Assembly: GCF_006345805.1 (NCBI RefSeq)
Contig: NW_021836129.1
Span: 248,001-312,000 of the forward strand
DNA length: 64,000 nt
Source of the DNA: Octopus sinensis
Taxonomy: Eukaryota
Direction: 5' to 3'
Part shown: positions 62,473 through 64,000 of the stretch, piece after piece
Position numbering within the stretch: the stretch's first letter is position 1
Layout of the letters: every line of letters starts with the position of its first letter
The notes under the pieces: generated by a model
What the model saw: only the letters and a program-made list of their open reading frames with translations
Database searches by the model: none
What the model was told of the DNA's origin: nothing
Program-made: the position numbers and the translations under genes

Positions 62473-63654
62473 ATTGAAGAATGACTACGTCAGCGAACAT
62501 GCATTATTTAACCTATTAATCTGCCGTATACTGTCGTAGTATTACATGGTTTTTAATTTTGTTTTTTTATTAAATATCTACTCATTTTGAGGCTATGTAG
62601 TCAATTATATGTTCACAGATATCAGCATTGGTTGATTCTAATCGTGCGAACTGGAATATTTGGGAATATTTATTTTCTTAGTTCTTTCATTGGGTTAGAT
62701 AGAACAGTTTTATTACCAAAAGTGTGATTTGTCATTACGTCATGTATTGATGAATTTTTTTTAATTCAATTGGGAATTTAAATGTCATAATCAATTTAGA
62801 TCATTTTTTTATCTGTGTAATCTATTAAAATCGTTAATTGATCAACTAGTGAGATTCTTTTATCAGTCGGGATTAACCACAACACTGAGTTGAAGCCACT
62901 TGTCGGTTTTTGAATATTGTACTTAAAATTAAATCAAAGTAATTCTAATTATTAAATCGATTAGAAAAATCGGCCACGAATACCACAAATTCGTGCTTAC
63001 TGATACAACAGCGAGGACTATCCAAACAGAACATCTCCTAGAACGATAATCCTTTGACTCCTTCCTTCCAAGGATGGTAAGGATCACCTGATTAATTTAA
63101 ATTGCTGTTTCTGGGTAATTAATAATTCTCAGTTTATGCCACTGCGTTCAATAAAATCTATATTTGTCGAGGTATTTGGCTTACTTTTGTGAAAATTAGT
63201 TAGTAATGCTTGCCTATCCGATTTTGAGTCGGGCGATCGCTAGAATTGCGAAAAATTGTCTGATAGGAGGGTTCTGCTATGGAATGAAAATGAAGACTCT
63301 CTGTAATGCCAATATATTGCTTAGATATGATAATGTTTTAATTGTATTTGCAAAAAGACCTGATTGTCAGGTTGAGGTTAAAGGAGCTATGTGGGTATAT
63401 CGAGAGTTGTCCTTGCTTCCAAAGACTATTGGTCATGAAAATGAGATAAACACTACTCCCTGCAATTGCATTTATTCCAGCTATCTTAATTGAATACTTA
63501 CTTTACATTTGTATTTTCATCGTAAGCTCATTAATGGCTATTCTCAGTAGATTATGAACTCAATAGGACTAAGATTATGATGAACACATTACTGGACTCA
63601 CTAATGGCTAAAGTCTATTGCATGGCTTTGATAAATCTTTCTAGATATGATTAA

Positions 63655-63830
63655 AAAGGTCTCCAGGACCTAATAACTTCCCATTAAAAAATTTACCTCA
63701 ATTTACAACTGCTTCTGCAAGAAAATTTGACGTGACCTATTTTATCCCAAATAATGAAATATCATTATGATTTGATACCAATAAAATGTATTTCCAATAT
63801 ATTCATATACATAACTTAGCGATAATCGGA
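63655..63830 (+). mobile_element. Decayed non-LTR RT N-terminal fragment
   Basis: SPGPNNFP and TYFIPN resemble the KxPGPDG and TYLIPK motifs. Confidence 0.4.
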
Positions 63831-64000
63831 TAGGATCCTTAAATAAGATTCTGATCTTTATTTGATTATTCTACTTGATGATTTTTAGACCCCCTTAAGT
63901 GAGGAGGTCCAGTTAAGGCGATGATCATTTCATGAAAATTGATTGGTGTTTGGTTTAGTTTGGTATGACTTTCAAGCACAACTCGAGAACTGAAAATATA

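Overview
AT-rich eukaryotic nuclear DNA from an animal (NFAT5-like, CNG-beta/TAX-2-like and PHTF genes) with very small introns (about 21-31 nt in the cases resolved) and fast-evolving proteins. This fits a reduced-genome parasite such as a myxozoan cnidarian or a dicyemid, but the sequence alone cannot fix the taxon. Layout: transposon relics (1-5.2 kb); genes for a CNG-beta channel, NFAT5-like factor, HSPBAP1 and a 70-aa membrane microprotein (5.4-13.6 kb); a transposon graveyard with no recognised host gene (14-35 kb); then compact housekeeping genes (PPIG, OSTC, eIF4E, FAM98-like, a HEAT/karyopherin-like gene, AP1M1, IMPDH, a degenerate aconitase/IRP, PHTF) interrupted by a ~3-kb tandem duplication. 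The standout is a GC-rich, apparently young non-LTR retrotransposon (23986-28556, minus strand). After correcting three single-base indels in G runs, its one long ORF reads histone H3 N-terminal tail (22/27 identical to canonical H3; K4, K9, S10, K14, K18, K23, K27 kept) - Gag zinc knuckles - AP endonuclease - reverse transcriptase. It and a 5'-truncated sister copy both end at the same nucleotide, the last sense codon of an intronless orphan (possibly virus-derived) ORF. They are flanked by 558-bp and 330-bp duplications of that ORF, with the H3 tail inside the duplicated flanks. Many frameshifts in the window sit in homopolymers and may be long-read consensus errors, so the structure needs confirmation from reads or PCR. 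All protein identifications come from motif recognition by eye; no database search was run, and gene ends marked approximate are approximate.
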